Assembly: GCA_010405405.1 (NCBI GenBank)
Contig: MU004247.1
Span: 1 to 64,000, forward strand
Length of the DNA stretch: 64,000 nt
Reading direction: 5' to 3'
DNA from: Microthyrium microscopicum
Taxonomy: Eukaryota
The notes under the pieces were generated by a model. The model did not search any database. It saw only the letters and a list, made by a program, of their open reading frames with translations, and was not told the DNA's origin. Shown piece after piece: positions 47,348-60,898 of this stretch (positions are counted from its first letter, which is position 1; every line of letters starts with the position of its first letter). A program made the translations under genes and the position numbers.

Positions 47348-50316
47348 GTTGAGCGATGGTATGAATGAGATGTGTATAACCAAGCGAGAGAGGTAGTACA
47401 AACAAAGATGCAAAGGGTCCAAATAGCAATACAAGTGAGAGGCGATGATAACAAAACTTCTTGGTGGAGAAGACAGATGATGTTATATACCCCAATATCG
47501 TTATTGGAGCCGAAGAAGATAACCTGAAGATGTGAACCCCTGAGCCGCATTCGCATGGAGATCAAGACTGTGCGTTACGGAATCGGATTCATCGTGACCG
47601 GGAAGAATTGAGGCCACTTTAGAAATCAAAGCCACATTTGGACTACAGCTCCGATCATTGGGTACCTGGACGGATCTGAGTACAGTGGTATCAAGGCCTA
47701 GAATCTTCAGTCCTGTTCGAACTTCTCCATAGACTGGAGATTATCGCAGCATATGGCTTTGATATCCAGGCGAAGAAGCCTCCCCCAGAGCTTTCTTCCG
47801 TCACTATGTTATGCAAATATATTAGAGCGGAGTTTCAGTCACTGCTACCTGTCAGTACCATGTGCAGACGTCAAAATCGAACCAAACATGGAAACAATCC
47901 TAGCTTGGACAGACACACAGAGCGCTAGACACCCCGAGGTTTTCTAGCGTCTTTAGCAATAAGAGTGACCCGGTAACAAGCAGAAACAGTCCTTGAGTTT
48001 GGTTGATGTATGAGTGTCGGCAAGTGCTAGGTCGTGAGCACTATGCCGAATAGCTTGAATGATGTCTGAGCCCTTATGGTTTCGAGTGGTATGTTTTCAA
48101 GAAGATTCGAGACAGGAAAGGTCAAGATCTAAAGTCTTCAGCAGGCAGGGGTAATACGGTAAACAGGGTTACCAAAGCCGCTACCGTTACCGTGAATGTA
48201 ATGAGCTAAAAATGGAACTTTCAAAGCAACATATGGCAGATCTAGGAGAAAGAGATTTGAAAGTATATAGACGACAATGTTTTGTGATCTGGGTAAAATG
48301 TCGATCGTGGATAGCTTGAGGGACCGTCCAAGCTGACTTTTCAGTTTCAGTGCAGAGAGTGAATAAGTATTTCCAGGAATTCATACCTCAGGTAAGCCTC
48401 TTGAAGCCTCAAGGTCTACCTACTGACATCCACAATATGGATTTCCCCGGTCCCGATGTGGCTTGAACCTCCCGCTTAGACTTGTGAGATCAACAAAGTC
48501 GCGTAGCAGAACAGTTGGGTGGCGGTGAATTTGGGATGGGAGATAGCAGGACCTAGAGCCTCCAAATGCACGAAAGAAGAAACGAAACAGCTGTCAAGTT
48601 TCAAACCTGCGTTTGCGCCAAGTGCAAAGAACTTCTCCCAGAGCTATCGAACCTCAACCAGGCTCCTCGTGGTCGACCGATCGTGACAGGCATGGTGAGA
48701 TCCAATCGTTATGAGCATATTCATCAAGCGTAGAAGAGCGTCCTTTGCTTCAAGAAAGGGTTTGGTCGGCACTCCAGCTGACAGACTTGCAATTGGGTAT
48801 ATGGCATGAGTCGTGGTTCCCGTGAAGTTGATGTTTTCACGAGGGAAAGGCTAGTCTAGTCCTATTTAGGGCAAGCGACTTCCCCTATTCCCTTTGTCAT
48901 CTCCGATGAACCAACCTTAACTCTAACTTCCATTCATGATTTTCTACGGTTAAGCACATGCGATACATGGTTATTTCAAAGCCTTCTGTATCACCGGCAT
49001 ACAATGGTTAATACATCGGAAGGTCCTCGCCTTCCAAACCTCGCTGCGGGTTTCCTAACAGTCAAGTATGATGTCTCTCAAGGATTGTAAAGGGCCGAAC
49101 ATGCTTGATCAGATCCTCAGAATTGTCGAAACTAGAACTCGGAACTCCTTGCTTCAGATAATCCCTTTACCCGGATTGAAGTCCCGATACATTGGTGGCT
49201 TTTGTACAACACTTGCGAGGACCAGCCAATATTAACCTTCTCCAAATGCTGCATTTGCAACGTTTCTACACGCCATGTAGTACGTATTAGCAACAAGACC
49301 ACTGACTTTCGTTGTGAAAGTCTTATGTCGTACATTTAGACTAAGTTGTCAGCTCGGTAGGTATATTGGGAAATGGGCCTTCACCCTGTCTGATCAACAA
49401 CAGTTTGATATCCCATATTGACAACCAGAACAGTTTCGACTCCTTCGTATTTTGTGATCTGCCCGGCCCTACCACAACGTGACTAATAACAACATTAAAT
49501 ACACTGATACAAAGAAATTTCGCCTTCGAAAGCGCCTGTAGTGCGACTGCCGAGCAACTTTGCCATCAATCCCCACAATCACGCAAACTGGCACAGAAGA
49601 TCATGGTATTGCCAAGTAACACAACGATGCTCAGGAAAAAAAGAATGTCCACGATCATAACACAATAAAAGTCTTCGTGTTACTATGCCACAATGCTGAT
49701 CCTACTTCGCCGTGCAAGAAAAGCAACACATGGTACGACATCACCTATAACGGGGCGCCAAATCGTGCGCGCGCTCGGAGAATTTTAAGATTGGTTGGCC
49801 ACTGCTCTCTTTCTGTGTGACATGATGTATAGTCGCACATGGTCTCATGGCGTCATGAAATTGAGGTTTTAGCTTTCTCCAAGAGTTTGGATATCATGTA
49901 ATCCGGGTAGAAGCATGGTAGTAGAAATCTATCACACGGGATGTTCAATCACATCTATGTACTCTAGCACCGCGACATTCTTGCGTAGCGTCGAAGATAT
50001 TCTAGAATCTCCTTTGAATAAGACCGTTCGCCAATCGCTGCTGGATGGCGCTAGTTTGCTCACCGCATGTTTGGAAAGATTCGACACCAAGCCGGTCATA
50101 CGCAAGTTGCTAAAGTTATTATAGAAGAAGAATTTATTTGATCTCGAAAGCCTTCGGGACTCCTTTCCTTTTGCTATGCATGGTGTTCAATTCCGTTGCT
50201 GGGCGTATATCGAGGTCTTTCTCATGGTGTACATTAGATGATGATTTGTAGCATTGCTAATTTGGTTCTTTTGCATCGATTTTTGCCTATACGTTTGTTC
50301 TCTGTTTGTCTCAAGC

Positions 50317-52548
50317 TTAACCCGTAAGTTTATTATAAGGTTCTCCTCCGCTATACCATAAAGTCAACTTCATCCCAGAAATCTCCCCGGTCCATCCACT
50401 GTCTCCTCCAACTACATGCAAAGGCGCCTCAATCCCAATCGACTCCCATCTCAGAGACACGCCATTAATCCCAAGAACTGCGAGGAACTCCATCTTTGTT
50501 CCATTCACATAAGCAAAAGTTTGTGAACCCTGGCCGGCAATAGTCAACTCAGTCACTTCGCCTACAGGTAAAGTCGCATTGAGGCTAAAGTAATTACCAG
50601 CAGCCAAGAACGTGATATTCGGCATCAATATAAGCGCAGAATCTGGTCCTGAAATCAGTGTTGCATACGTTCCTGTAAGCGAGGAAAGTTTGAGCTTGAT
50701 GGTGAGGGTGTAATTCCTCCCTTTGGAGTACAATGGAGTTACGAGTGAGCATGAAGGATTGATTTCAAGTGATCCTTTTCTCGTTGTTGAACAGGTTGTT
50801 TTCGCGTGGTAGCCGTTGCCAGATAGATCTTTGATCGTGAGACCACCACCGTCTCTAGTTTCTTGACTTGCCAGTGATGCTGGTAATTGGTATTCAAGGA
50901 TGGTGTTGGAAACAGACTCAACAGAGCGATCCAGATTCTGATCTGGAATAAACGGATGAAGTGCCATGAACGCCGTGTAAAATTCAGCTTCCGTCAAATT
51001 CCCTCCCCATTGCTTATCGGCGAGTGCCGGTATTCCTTCCCTCCAGGCATAGTATGCTTCTGAGTAGACTGTAGCGTTGGCGCCATAGTCATTCCATAAC
51101 GCTGCAACTTCACCCAACACTAGAAGGCTGGAGCGTTTCGGATTATCGGTCTCGTTATTCATGTTGAAGATATAGGGATACCACGGTTTTCCCTGGCCGC
51201 CGTGGAATGTCCGTGAGATATTGACGGTTTGAGGATAGCTTCCAGACCATTTGTTCACAACGTAAAACGCATCGTCGGAATTGAGAACAGAGTAGTTTGC
51301 CAGAACGTAGTCTTGGTACGGATTATCTTCAAAGTACGCCCAGTGCTGTATTGAAACGTTGGGATAGATTTTAGGAAGACCAGGCGCTTTGCGTGGTGGA
51401 AACGTGCCCCATATACTGATAAATTTATTGGAAATTTCTCCAATGTACATTGCCATTGTGTTGACGAATGTAATGTAGTCGGCCACCGGTCCTGTATATT
51501 CATCTGCTCCAATATGAACAGTCTTTGTATGGAACCATGGTAGAAAAGTTTTCCATATAAGCTTCATAGTCGGTATAGCCTCCGGGTGCGAGATATTCAG
51601 CAAACTCAGATCCCCATCGAGTCCAAGTTCTGGCTTCCACTGAACGATGACAAGTGCATGCCCGGGCGCTTCAATCTCCGGAATTATCGTGACGCCCCGA
51701 GCGACGCAGGCGGATTGAATATGTTCAAACTGTTCTTGGGTATACGACTCATTTTTGAACTTGTTCAATCCTTGCAACGCAGGTGCATCTGACCAGAGTC
51801 GAAAACGAGCGTACAGGTCCAATGATTGCTGCCGCGTATACAATCCGACATTGTTGTATAGGTTGTCGCTTAGGTGCAGATGGAAGGTGTTTTGCTTGAA
51901 AAAAGACATGTATGAGCACATTTCGACGAGGAATTCTGGCGGATAGTAATGACGCCCAACATCGAGCATCATGCCTCTTGTTGCCCATCCTGGTGAATCA
52001 ACCGCTGTGCCGAATGGTAAGGTGTTGTTGAGAATAGATTGTTGTAAAAGCGTTCTAGTTCCCCACCAGACTCCCAAAGGACTTGCTCCTGTGATAGTGA
52101 TGCCGGAACCCGAGATGAACAGTGAATAACCTTCCGATGTTTGACGACCAGCTGCGTCGAGATAGTTCGCCGGATCCCCGATAGTCAAGAAAATCTCCTC
52201 AGACGAACAACATTCACCCTCGATGACAACTATATTCCGATGAAGAACTTTTGACAAATCCGAGGAGAATGTAGCGGCGAAGCTTTTGAGAGTAGGCGGT
52301 ATCAACGTCTGGCCTTTCTCGTCGATATGGTTGGCATATTTGGAGCTCACAACAATTCGCTGGATAGTGTCCCAAGCCAATTCGCCAGAGTTGGTGGTAA
52401 AAGCTGAATCAGAGTTGGGCCTAGAAATCAACTTTGAATTCCATTCCAATTCACCACCTCTGTCCATATCAAACGCCACAGTAGGAATCCCAACCAACCT
52501 TCCCGCAACCAAACCCGAGAACAGCGCCGTGATCCAAACGTGGAACAT
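50317..52548 (-). CDS. GH20 beta-N-acetylhexosaminidase (secreted, intronless)
   Basis: RGMMLDVGRHY, FHLHLSD, PEIEAPGH, catalytic HIGADE; signal peptide MFHVWITALFSGLVAG. Confidence 0.93.
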   Translation of the reverse strand: MFHVWITALFSGLVAGRLVGIPTVAFDMDRGGELEWNSKLISRPNSDSAFTTNSGELAWDTIQRIVVSSKYANHIDEKGQTLIPPTLKSFAATFSSDLSKVLHRNIVVIEGECCSSEEIFLTIGDPANYLDAAGRQTSEGYSLFISGSGITITGASPLGVWWGTRTLLQQSILNNTLPFGTAVDSPGWATRGMMLDVGRHYYPPEFLVEMCSYMSFFKQNTFHLHLSDNLYNNVGLYTRQQSLDLYARFRLWSDAPALQGLNKFKNESYTQEQFEHIQSACVARGVTIIPEIEAPGHALVIVQWKPELGLDGDLSLLNISHPEAIPTMKLIWKTFLPWFHTKTVHIGADEYTGPVADYITFVNTMAMYIGEISNKFISIWGTFPPRKAPGLPKIYPNVSIQHWAYFEDNPYQDYVLANYSVLNSDDAFYVVNKWSGSYPQTVNISRTFHGGQGKPWYPYIFNMNNETDNPKRSSLLVLGEVAALWNDYGANATVYSEAYYAWREGIPALADKQWGGNLTEAEFYTAFMALHPFIPDQNLDRSVESVSNTILEYQLPASLASQETRDGGGLTIKDLSGNGYHAKTTCSTTRKGSLEINPSCSLVTPLYSKGRNYTLTIKLKLSSLTGTYATLISGPDSALILMPNITFLAAGNYFSLNATLPVGEVTELTIAGQGSQTFAYVNGTKMEFLAVLGINGVSLRWESIGIEAPLHVVGGDSGWTGEISGMKLTLWYSGGEPYNKLTG

Positions 52549-53109
52549 GTCGACGATCAGTAAGACTGACAGTTCAGCAATCAAAATTGAAGTTGAACCG
52601 CTTTACTCAAGGGATGTGCGAGGCACCAAGCCCCTGATATCAACTACCATTTGAGAGTCGTTTCTCATGGCATGTCGCATCGACCATGCGCACTGGACCT
52701 GAAGTCTGACAAAGGTTTCTTCCGCTTAATCTATTGATATAGTACGACCCTACTTACCCCTTTACTAACCAGCCTTCGTCCAATAGCAATATATTCCTAT
52801 AGACCAAGAGGTTATACAGGGGTTCAAGCGAATTTACTTCTTCCAATATCAAAAACATCAGAGAATACCAAACAATGCACATGTTCATTTGAGAATCTAC
52901 ATGAAAAGTGTAAAATCAACATAACGTTCAACGCCGGGTGTGCCATGTGATCAAAATGCTGGGTATCTACTATACAAATATATATAGTGCACAAGTATTC
53001 AGAGATGCATGCGCATGTAATCAAGAACATCTATACAATATGTCAATCCACCAACTACACCACAACAACTTGCTTCAGATGACCTCCATCAGAGCACCAG
53101 AGCACCAGT

Positions 53110-53159
53110 TTGCTCCGTCTTGCTCCGTCTTGCTCCGTCTTGCTCCGTCTTGCTCCGCC
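53110..53159. repeat. 10-bp minisatellite (TTGCTCCGTC)x5
   Basis: Direct reading; last copy has one mismatch; lies in the 3' UTR of the adjacent gene. Confidence 0.9.
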
Positions 53160-53177
53160 TTGCTTCAGCCACCGCAG

Positions 53178-56100
53178 CTACCGCCTCCCCATCTCAGGCG
53201 GCGGTTTATTAAAAACATCAATATGCAGCAACGGCGTCTCCACATATCGGTTTCCCGGCACACCCTCCACCTTCCGCCTTTCATAAAACAGCACAACCTC
53301 ATTCGTGAGCAACTTCCACTCCGCCAACGCCTTGCCCCAGACACGTGCCTGAGCCTGCTTCTCTGCTGATGGCTCTGTAGGCCTTGCGCGCGGACTTCCG
53401 ACTGGCAGCCGCTCGACGAGCGGTGCACTTTCGTCGTCACTGTCACTTCGGCGGCCATGCTGGTATGCGCGCAGGAGTGTTTCAGCAGGAAAGGGAATGC
53501 GCGGCATTTCAAGAACCATTGGTTTCGGTCGAGGCGGGAAGACAGCGACGGGACCGGCGTTGCGAGTTGGTGTGCGTGCTTGGCCGTCAAGTGCGAAGCG
53601 GAAGTAGTAGGTGCCAAAGGAGAGGTAGGAGGAGTGGGAGGGTAGATCGTTGGATGGCGCGGTGTTGGGAACGGCTGTTGATGGGCGGGACAGCGAGGAT
53701 CGACGTGATGGGCTACGCGAGCGAGATTGTGCGCGAGAGGAGCCGATGATGGTGCGGAGGAGGCCGCCAGTCCAGCGCTTGGGAGAGTCGTCAGGTGCGT
53801 CGCCGTCGGAGGAGGAGGTGGCGAAGGAGATGGCTGTAGCGGGACGGGGACGAGGGAAGGGTTCAGGAGAGCAGATTTGGTCGAGAAGGAGGGAGCGTTT
53901 GTAGGCGGCGTTCTGCATCGTTACTGGCGAGTCGTAGGTAACGAGTGGGCCGGTGCGCGTGGAGCGGGTCTCGTCTGCGCGGATGATGACTAGGCGTCGA
54001 CCAGGTACGGCGTTGGATGGCGTGGTGTTTGGATTCTTACCCTCCTGACATGCCCAGAGATAGTAGCCATATACACCTAGTAATCTTTCCTCTAGACAAT
54101 TCATGATCGCAAGATCGCAAGGAGTGGCATCTTCGCTGCATCTGCCGACTCGCCAGCAAATCAGGCGCATGAAGAATGAACGAAGGGCAGCACTCCAGTG
54201 GTTGAACCGGCTTTCAAAAAAGTCCTTTTCCAGCAGGAACTTGTAGCAGATAGCCTCTTTCCGTGAGGGATCAAGACAGATAACAGGCCAAAGAGTGAAT
54301 ATGAGGCCATAGACCTTCATTTCAGTCGTAGTAATACCAGTATCAACGAGCATTTTCAGAACGTTGAACCAAAACGGCCAATCCAAAAAAGGGGTATCGA
54401 TTTCGTTAATTTGTTCGTAGCGCACCAAAAGAATCGTACTTTCTTCCAATAAGTCACAAAGAACTTCGCAAGCTGTGCGAGCATATCGTGGAGTATATTT
54501 AGCCACACCGCGTGTAAGATCAGCAAAGTTTTGAGCAAATGCAGACTTTGCTTCCTTTGACATTTGAATGTCTTCTTGCGACAGAATGTCCCGCAACAAC
54601 ATCACGACCCGATTTTCAGCAATCGCTCGATCGGCGTTCGTCGGGCCTATTGGTAGGGCTGAAGCGGTGGATTCTGGATCAACTTGGCCACCACCTAAGA
54701 TGTTATCAAAGGTGATTGGCTGAGACTTTTGCTTGTCTTTCAGCATATGATTCAGCACCTGGCTAGGCTCTTTCATCCCGTAGCCAGCGGAGGACCTCTT
54801 GGGTTCGGATGGTCCTCCGTCGTTTGGGGTAATATGCTTCTGAATGGTAGCAGCCATATGCTCGAGAAGCATAGACTGAATATAAATGCCACCAGCCATG
54901 GTAATTTGCTCCAGCCTCGTAGCTTCCGGGAGGTATTCGAAGAATAGAATGTAATACTGGCGTATGAATGCGAACAACAGGTCCGAGTCTCTCCCGATCC
55001 ATTTGTCCACCCACGCACCCTTCCAGGGAAAGTCTAGCGATCCAAGGGGAACTTCTCTCGTCTTTTTGAGATTGCGCGAAGCCTGATGTACCGAGGAAAA
55101 CTGTAAAGCTTTCAGCGCGGGAGGTATCGAAGAGGAAAGTCTTTCTGATACTTCTAGAAACTTTTCAGAGTCAGATATTTCATTCTCAGCAAGTACTCGT
55201 TTCATTGTGTCAACCGACGGCTCCCATAACTGTATAAGCAGGCTTGCAACCCCCGGACAATAGAAGAAGGCATATGCTATTGTTTTGGCGCAGAATGTGA
55301 CCAGGCTTGGTGCCGCGCGAAAGGACATTTTATCAACGACGAATCCCATTTGCAGTAAAAGGCACTGTGAAAAGTAGTTCGGAATGTTATGCTGAACTGA
55401 CTCGACTATAAAGTCGCCTTCGGATGCTGATGAGTACGATTCGGAAACTGCGTCAGAGCTCTTCTTCGAAAGAACCTTTGAAAACGGCGACGGACTATGC
55501 CGCCATTCTGGGCGATCCATGATTCCAGTAATCGCTTCTATAGACAAAGTCTTGGTTCCACTGGCGGCCATAGTGAAAGCTCTACTTCGAATGAACTCGA
55601 GTAAAACTGTCCACCACTTGTAAAGAATAGACACCCGACGATCTAAATCCTCTGGGTGTAATCGGCTATTGGATGGATGCGACTCGTATTCTTGAACAAA
55701 TGCTAGTATTGTGCTTTTCAGAAAGGTTGTCTTTTGGTCGGACAATTTGGACATGAATCTATAATTGATTAGCGGTCGTTACAGGTACGGAGTCTTCGTG
55801 GGAAGTTTTACTTTGAGGCAGCATTTTCCAAGTCCCGGAAAATGGACCACAGTTCATCTCGCTTCCGTGCTTGCCTTGATTTTGATGATAATATGGAAGG
55901 CAAGACATCGGAAGCGCCCATGGAAGACAATCTATCGCTCGATTTGCTGATCTGCATGGGTAATAATGGCTTGATTGTAGAAGACAGTGTATCGCTCGAC
56001 CGGCTGGACGTTATCATGGCGGTAGCCACTTGCTCGCTAGACCGATTTACTTGTTGTTGGAGAGCAAATAGAGGAGCCTTCTTGCTTCCATCGAAACCGC

Positions 56101-56863
56101 TTGTAACAGGACGTTCTTGTGGGGATTCCGATTGTCTGGTAGGCGACTCCTGTATCACGGGTTCCGGTGCACTCATGTTCGAGGGCCGCTTTCGCAGCTT
56201 CTGGCCAAAAGGATTGGAGAACATGGATTGACGATTTGTCTGTTTACTGCTGCTTGCAATCACAGTGTTCAATCTTTCCTTTTTCAAAACGTTCTGAGGT
56301 GCGGGTTGATCAGACTTGTTGGTCTCATCGTGGGACGACACGGAGCTCTTTCGATCAGTCTTTTTAGGGGAAGGTGATCTCGAACCTGGCATCCAAGATT
56401 GTCGCCGTAACCTCGCCAAGCCTCGCGGTTTTTCTGGAGCTATGGTTTCTATCGAGGTGGTCGGAACAGAACCCGGACCTGCAGTTGTTGTGACAGGTTG
56501 CTCCAGTTCCACAATCGGCTTTTCAGCAATCAAATTTTCAGGTGTAGACTCTTCCTGAGAATCCTCCATTTCTGGAAAGGCAAGTACTGATTCAGGTTGA
56601 GTAGGTGTTTTAGGGCGTTCGGCTGCGGGAACGTCGACCGGTGAAGTCTTTGTGGCTGATGGCTCCTTGGGAGGTATAATGGGGTTTAGACTGCTTCGCC
56701 GAGGAGGGAATTTAGGATGTGAGGGAGTAAGCAGAGTGTCGGGAGAAAGGAGCGTAGGAGGGTCTGGCGTTATGTCGAGGGTAGACATGGTGGAGAGTTT
56801 GGAGGAAACGACAGATTCGGCAGAGTTAGGGCGGTAGAAAATAGCATCGATGGCAGCTGGCAT
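53178..56863 (-). CDS. DUF1765 (UPF0592-like) conserved fungal protein
   Basis: 380-aa low-complexity exon plus 858-aa exon; RDELWSIFR, ILYKWW, AYAFFYCPG, FNHWSAALRSFFMRLICWR and WGKALAEW motifs. Confidence 0.8.
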
Positions 56864-59800
56864 CAGGCTGTCTTGGGCCCAGAGGCCGTGGTCAAGACAG
56901 AACAGCGTTATTCGAATAGGAACATTATGTGCCTTCAAAGTAGTAGGCAAATTGGGAGGGCGGAGAGGCTGAGGGTACGAGTGGAGGGAGCAAATTGGAA
57001 GGTGTATTGCCGGGGGTGGTTAGGGTGGATGCTAGCACAACAGGGGCAGCGGACAGCGAAAGATGGGAATAGTGACACGAGACCAAACGAGTGTGAAGAT
57101 GGAAAGAAGGCTCTCTGGGAGAGAGATGCTAAGAGGCAGACATGTAGTTGTAGATTGTAGGCTTGGAGAGCGGTGGGATGAGAAAGTTGGAAGTGCAACG
57201 GTGATGGACGGGGGAGTGGATGATGTGCGTCAGGGTAAGGTGGTAATGATAGGAGGGCACTGAGAGGCTCTTTGGTAGTGGAGACGAGGATTAAGTTTCA
57301 ATTGGTGGTGAGTTTATTGATGAGATTGAGATTGGTGTTCTGTAAGAATTAAGAAGAAAGTAAAGAATGAAGAGTGAAGATAGGTTGGGGGAGGAAAGTT
57401 GTGGTGTTGCAAATGTTGGGTGGTGCATCTCGTGCTCTCCTCTAGGCTCTCAGAGTCTCAAGGCTTTCTCCACACCATCCGCCATCCGCTTTTTACACTC
57501 GTCTTACATTTTGTCTGAGACTCTGAGAAGGGTCTTGACTATTTTCTTTTTTTCCACACATCTTTTAGCTCGCATTTCGCAAGTTGTAACAGCTAAAGCT
57601 CTCTCCACTCATTTTACAGAATTAGTCTAGCGTTAAGTTGCTTCTCCGCTTCAATGTTCTTTTTTTAGGCATAGAGTTCTCCAGAGTCCAGAGCGGCAGA
57701 GCCTCGAGAGCAGCCGCATCAAGATGCATCCGAAAAAGTAGCCGCTTCTGCTCTTATAAACATCATAAGCACCAAATTCTTCCTATTTTTATATTTTGAA
57801 ATTTCCATGAAATCTTTTTCCACAGATCAACGATCATAATCCTCCGTTCTAGAATCAAAACTTGTAGAACAATGTAATCCACTATCGGATAACCGTACTA
57901 TCAAGCGCCGCTACCATCACTGATCAGTAGAGTATCGCCATTTTAAGCTTTTAACCCTGACCCTCCAATGTCCATGAGGTTGAATTGTGAATGCACTAAA
58001 TGTGGTGCTATCGCCAATAACGCAAGTTAAAGCTACTAGTAGCCCATCTTTGCTGGCAATTTAGGAGCTTACACTTGGAGGTACTTCTGCAAGGCCTCTT
58101 TTCTATTGTAATTTGTGCCCAGACGTGCCGGAGTATTTCACCTGTTCAGTTCGCGTTGCTTCAAGAACTGAAGCCAAATGGGAAATGTCGCAAAACTTCC
58201 AAGGTTACTCTAGAGTACAAGGACCAAGCCTTAAGCCTCTCCCGCCTCAACATGCTATGTGCGGTCCCATGACTACATGTCTTCTTCACCTCAAATTTCC
58301 GGTCCCTGCCGAGTTCTACACTATCGTTATCCTTGGGGTATCGTGTCGCTGCTCGTTATCACGCAATACGCTCTACACTTTGTTACGCATTTTCGAATTT
58401 CGAGTTTTCGACCCGAGGCTGACCGGAAAACAGAGAAGATGAACAGAAACCGTTGGGGTGAATAATGCCACACGGCATCTCACACGTTACCTCACACGTT
58501 ACAAGGCTGACAGGGCTCCAGGGGCCACAAGTTACAACAAGTTACAGCCTCATAAAACTCCTTACACTAATAATCCACTAATTCCTCAACTTCACGACTA
58601 CATCTATAAATCTGACGACATTGCTGCTCTTTATTAATGCTATTTTCGGCAGTCGAAAAGCTTTTTTTCCAAAACTTGGAACAACTTAACAACTTTCAAA
58701 ATTACTAGGAAATGTCGATCCTCAAATTTGAAACACTTTCTCCTTACTAGCCACATTTTGCTTGAGAATGAGTTGCTTTTTAGCAAATCGTTCCATTCGG
58801 GTTGTGCCGCGTATCGGAACTTCCGGGCTTTGATAGTTGCATCCATAGGCATGTTTGTGCAAATGTCAACTTTTGAGGGTTTGGAGGATGAATTACCTTT
58901 CATGATGGTTCTAGTTTCCGGGCTAAATCTCATGCGCTTGGTGTTGTTGATATCCTATAACTTCATCAGCTCACAAGCTTGATTACCAAAAAAGGATTGT
59001 CCCTGCCAAACGTTATGATTTCTTACACACCGACGCTAATCATGCTTTTCAATTCAAAATCGTGATAAAGCTATCTAAGATCAACAGAGATGTGACCCAT
59101 AACATTTTTGACCCGTAAAGCCTCATGCCGCAATACTTTGATATCCTCTCGTGTCTGTATCCTTCAACATGAATCAAAACTCACTATTGCGCCAGGAGCA
59201 ATATATCAAATATGAATGACTGCAGTCTGTCAAGATAATGGACGATGTCTTTTACAGCCATAACTATAACACGCCTTTTCCTAACTAAAGCCCAGAGTAA
59301 ACGACCGCACCGTCATTCTAGAAGTATACCGAGGCGAGTTAAATATCTTGGCAGGAACATGTAGGCTGTACAAAAGTTAATACTTCAGAGATAGGAAATA
59401 AGCTGACTGACTACCTCTCAATGATCCATGCCTGGTTTTCTCTTGAAGAGCGTCGATAGCCACGCTCGCCAGCCCCGATTCAAACACTCAAACATCATCT
59501 CAGCTTACCGCCAGGCTTCCATCCAGAGCCTTAAAGAGGCTACAATGGCACTTATACATTTTGCCAAGCGCATCTCCTCAGCCGCTTCTCTTGATATTAT
59601 TCTCAAGTTGACTTTCGCCCATTCTGCAACCGCATGAAAAATGCAAGATTATAGGCGATATATCATACGGCGTAATTCCTCCCGTACTCGGCGTGAGCGG
59701 TGATACTTGGCATATCTAGAAAGCCTCAACATCTAGTAAGAAGGAGTAAGAATTACTTGTATCGTGAGATCAGAAGTATGTCGAATTGCAAATACCACGC

Positions 59801-59998
59801 CCACTTTCCCCCTTAGGGCATATTGATATATATGAAGAGGTACGTGGACGGTTGAAAAGGGACAGATACCTAAATATCGTCATACTATTCCACCTTCTAT
59901 CGCTTCATAAACCATGCTTTTGTCTTTCTTGGCGAGGAGTTTGTTTATAATTGTTCCAGTTACCCTTTGTATACTTTATATCAGTTTTGTGAGGAATT

Positions 59999-60862
59999 AT
60001 GTGGGCATCTCTTATTTCATTGGTTTCGTTGGGTGGCTTCGCGGCAGCGACTTGTATTGGCAACACCCATCTTGAGCGCCGAAGCGAAGGAGGAGAGGCT
60101 TTTGGATATGGATTCGACAATGGTCCATTGCGGTGGCATGCATTATCGCCGGCGAATTCTATTTGCGCGACGGGGAAGCACCAATCGCCTATAGATGTTG
60201 GTATGGACTCAACCCTCCACATGACAAAAACTATAGAAATAATAAGTCCAGATTCTCATATCCAGAATGCCCCCAAAGCTCTCAACATCAGACTCACTGA
60301 TCGACTAAGCGGCACCTTCGTTAACAAAGGCACGACACTTCAAGTTACCACCGCGGCGAACAGTAGCCAATATATTGACCTTTCCGGCACGCGATATAAT
60401 TTGAAGAACGTGCACTTCCACACGCCCTCAGAGCATCATCTGGCGGGCGAACATTTCCCACTTGAAATGCATCTTGTGCATCAATCTGCTAATGAGTCGT
60501 TGCTTGTTCTTGGACTTCTCTTCAATATTGTCGCTAGTGCCCAACAGAGTGGAGGGCTGCTTAAGCAGCTCGGCGACTATGCACCAAGACTGACTAGCGA
60601 GGGGGTTGATATCACCGAAAAGGAGCTGGACTTGGGATCGCTCGTAAAAGACCTTTTGCCGGAAGATCTGGGCAGGTATTCTGGATCACTGACGACGCCA
60701 CCTTGCTCGGAGAGCGTGATGTGGCTCGTAGCGCGCAAACCGAGGAATATCGATGTTGCGTCGTATGACAAGCTGAAGAAGACCATGAAATTCAACTCAC
60801 GTTTCGCAGCAGGGCCACCGGATTCAGATAACATAGTCCATATGTTAGCCAACAAACTCTAG
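59999..60862 (+). CDS. Secreted alpha-class carbonic anhydrase
   Basis: Signal peptide, QSPID, HFHTPSEH, EMHLVH, YSGSLTTPPCSESVMW. Confidence 0.95.
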   Translation: MWASLISLVSLGGFAAATCIGNTHLERRSEGGEAFGYGFDNGPLRWHALSPANSICATGKHQSPIDVGMDSTLHMTKTIEIISPDSHIQNAPKALNIRLTDRLSGTFVNKGTTLQVTTAANSSQYIDLSGTRYNLKNVHFHTPSEHHLAGEHFPLEMHLVHQSANESLLVLGLLFNIVASAQQSGGLLKQLGDYAPRLTSEGVDITEKELDLGSLVKDLLPEDLGRYSGSLTTPPCSESVMWLVARKPRNIDVASYDKLKKTMKFNSRFAAGPPDSDNIVHMLANKL

Positions 60863-60898
60863 GCGAGCATGGGGCCCGATTGTGTCTCTCAAATTGCC

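Noticed and set aside
47900..50250. 2.3-kb gene-free stretch with fragmentary coding-like sequence
   Set aside because: No ORF over 70 aa and no motif; may be a pseudogene but unsupported
58640..59700. Minus-strand exon-like fragments (e.g. 58640-58933)
   Set aside because: No reliable splice model or recognisable family
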